Origin: Lama glama
Taxonomy: Eukaryota
NCBI GenBank assembly: GCA_028534125.1
Contig: CM052817.1
Location: 105,216,001 to 105,280,000 of the forward strand
Direction of reading: 5' to 3'
DNA: 64,000 nt
A model generated the notes under the pieces. It did not search any database. It saw nothing but the letters and a program-made list of their open reading frames with translations, and was not told the DNA's origin. Positions 63,824-64,000 of this stretch are shown here, in pieces. The position numbers were made by a program, and so were the translations under genes. Each line of letters begins with the position of its first letter. Position 1 is the first letter of the stretch.

Positions 63824-64000
63824 GTATAAAGGGTAAGAGCTGATAGTGTACAGGGTTGGTAGGCAGAAAAAAGTCCACTCCCTAGGGCTAAATGTTAAAG
63901 TCTCACCCGTAAGGAAATCTGGGGAACAAAACTTGGGTAAAAGAGACATCAAATATGAAGTCATTAAAATGAGTATGAGCATCCTGTGTTCAGAGAACAG

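Overview
This is AT-rich mammalian non-coding DNA (intergenic or deep intronic), most likely from a camelid (alpaca/llama/camel). The evidence is four tRNA-derived SINEs of the camelid type and several young L1 3'-UTR stubs. I found no recognisable protein-coding gene, tRNA, rRNA or CRISPR array. Most ORFs in the supplied track are chance ORFs, simple-repeat artefacts or degraded L1 remnants. The window is dominated by transposon relics: old and young L1, L2, MIR, tRNA-SINEs, at least five solo ERV LTRs (three with exact TG..CA ends and 4-bp target-site duplications), MaLR/ERVL LTRs, and DNA transposons (MER2-, MER63-, MER5A- and MER94-like). A 500-N assembly gap is flanked by an identical 199-bp duplication, probably an artefact. 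The best leads are: a CpG-enriched non-repetitive island at ~23.7-24.5 kb; a candidate minus-strand 18-nt + 135-nt exon pair at 41.26-41.50 kb; an LTR family carrying PBX/MEIS-type decamers, triplicated in one copy; an MLT1 LTR split by a 1.5-kb segment that contains an older MER5A; and several informative L1 insertion junctions. I cannot support a novel biological system from the sequence alone. Repeat subfamily names are from recall of consensus sequences and need RepeatMasker/Dfam confirmation.
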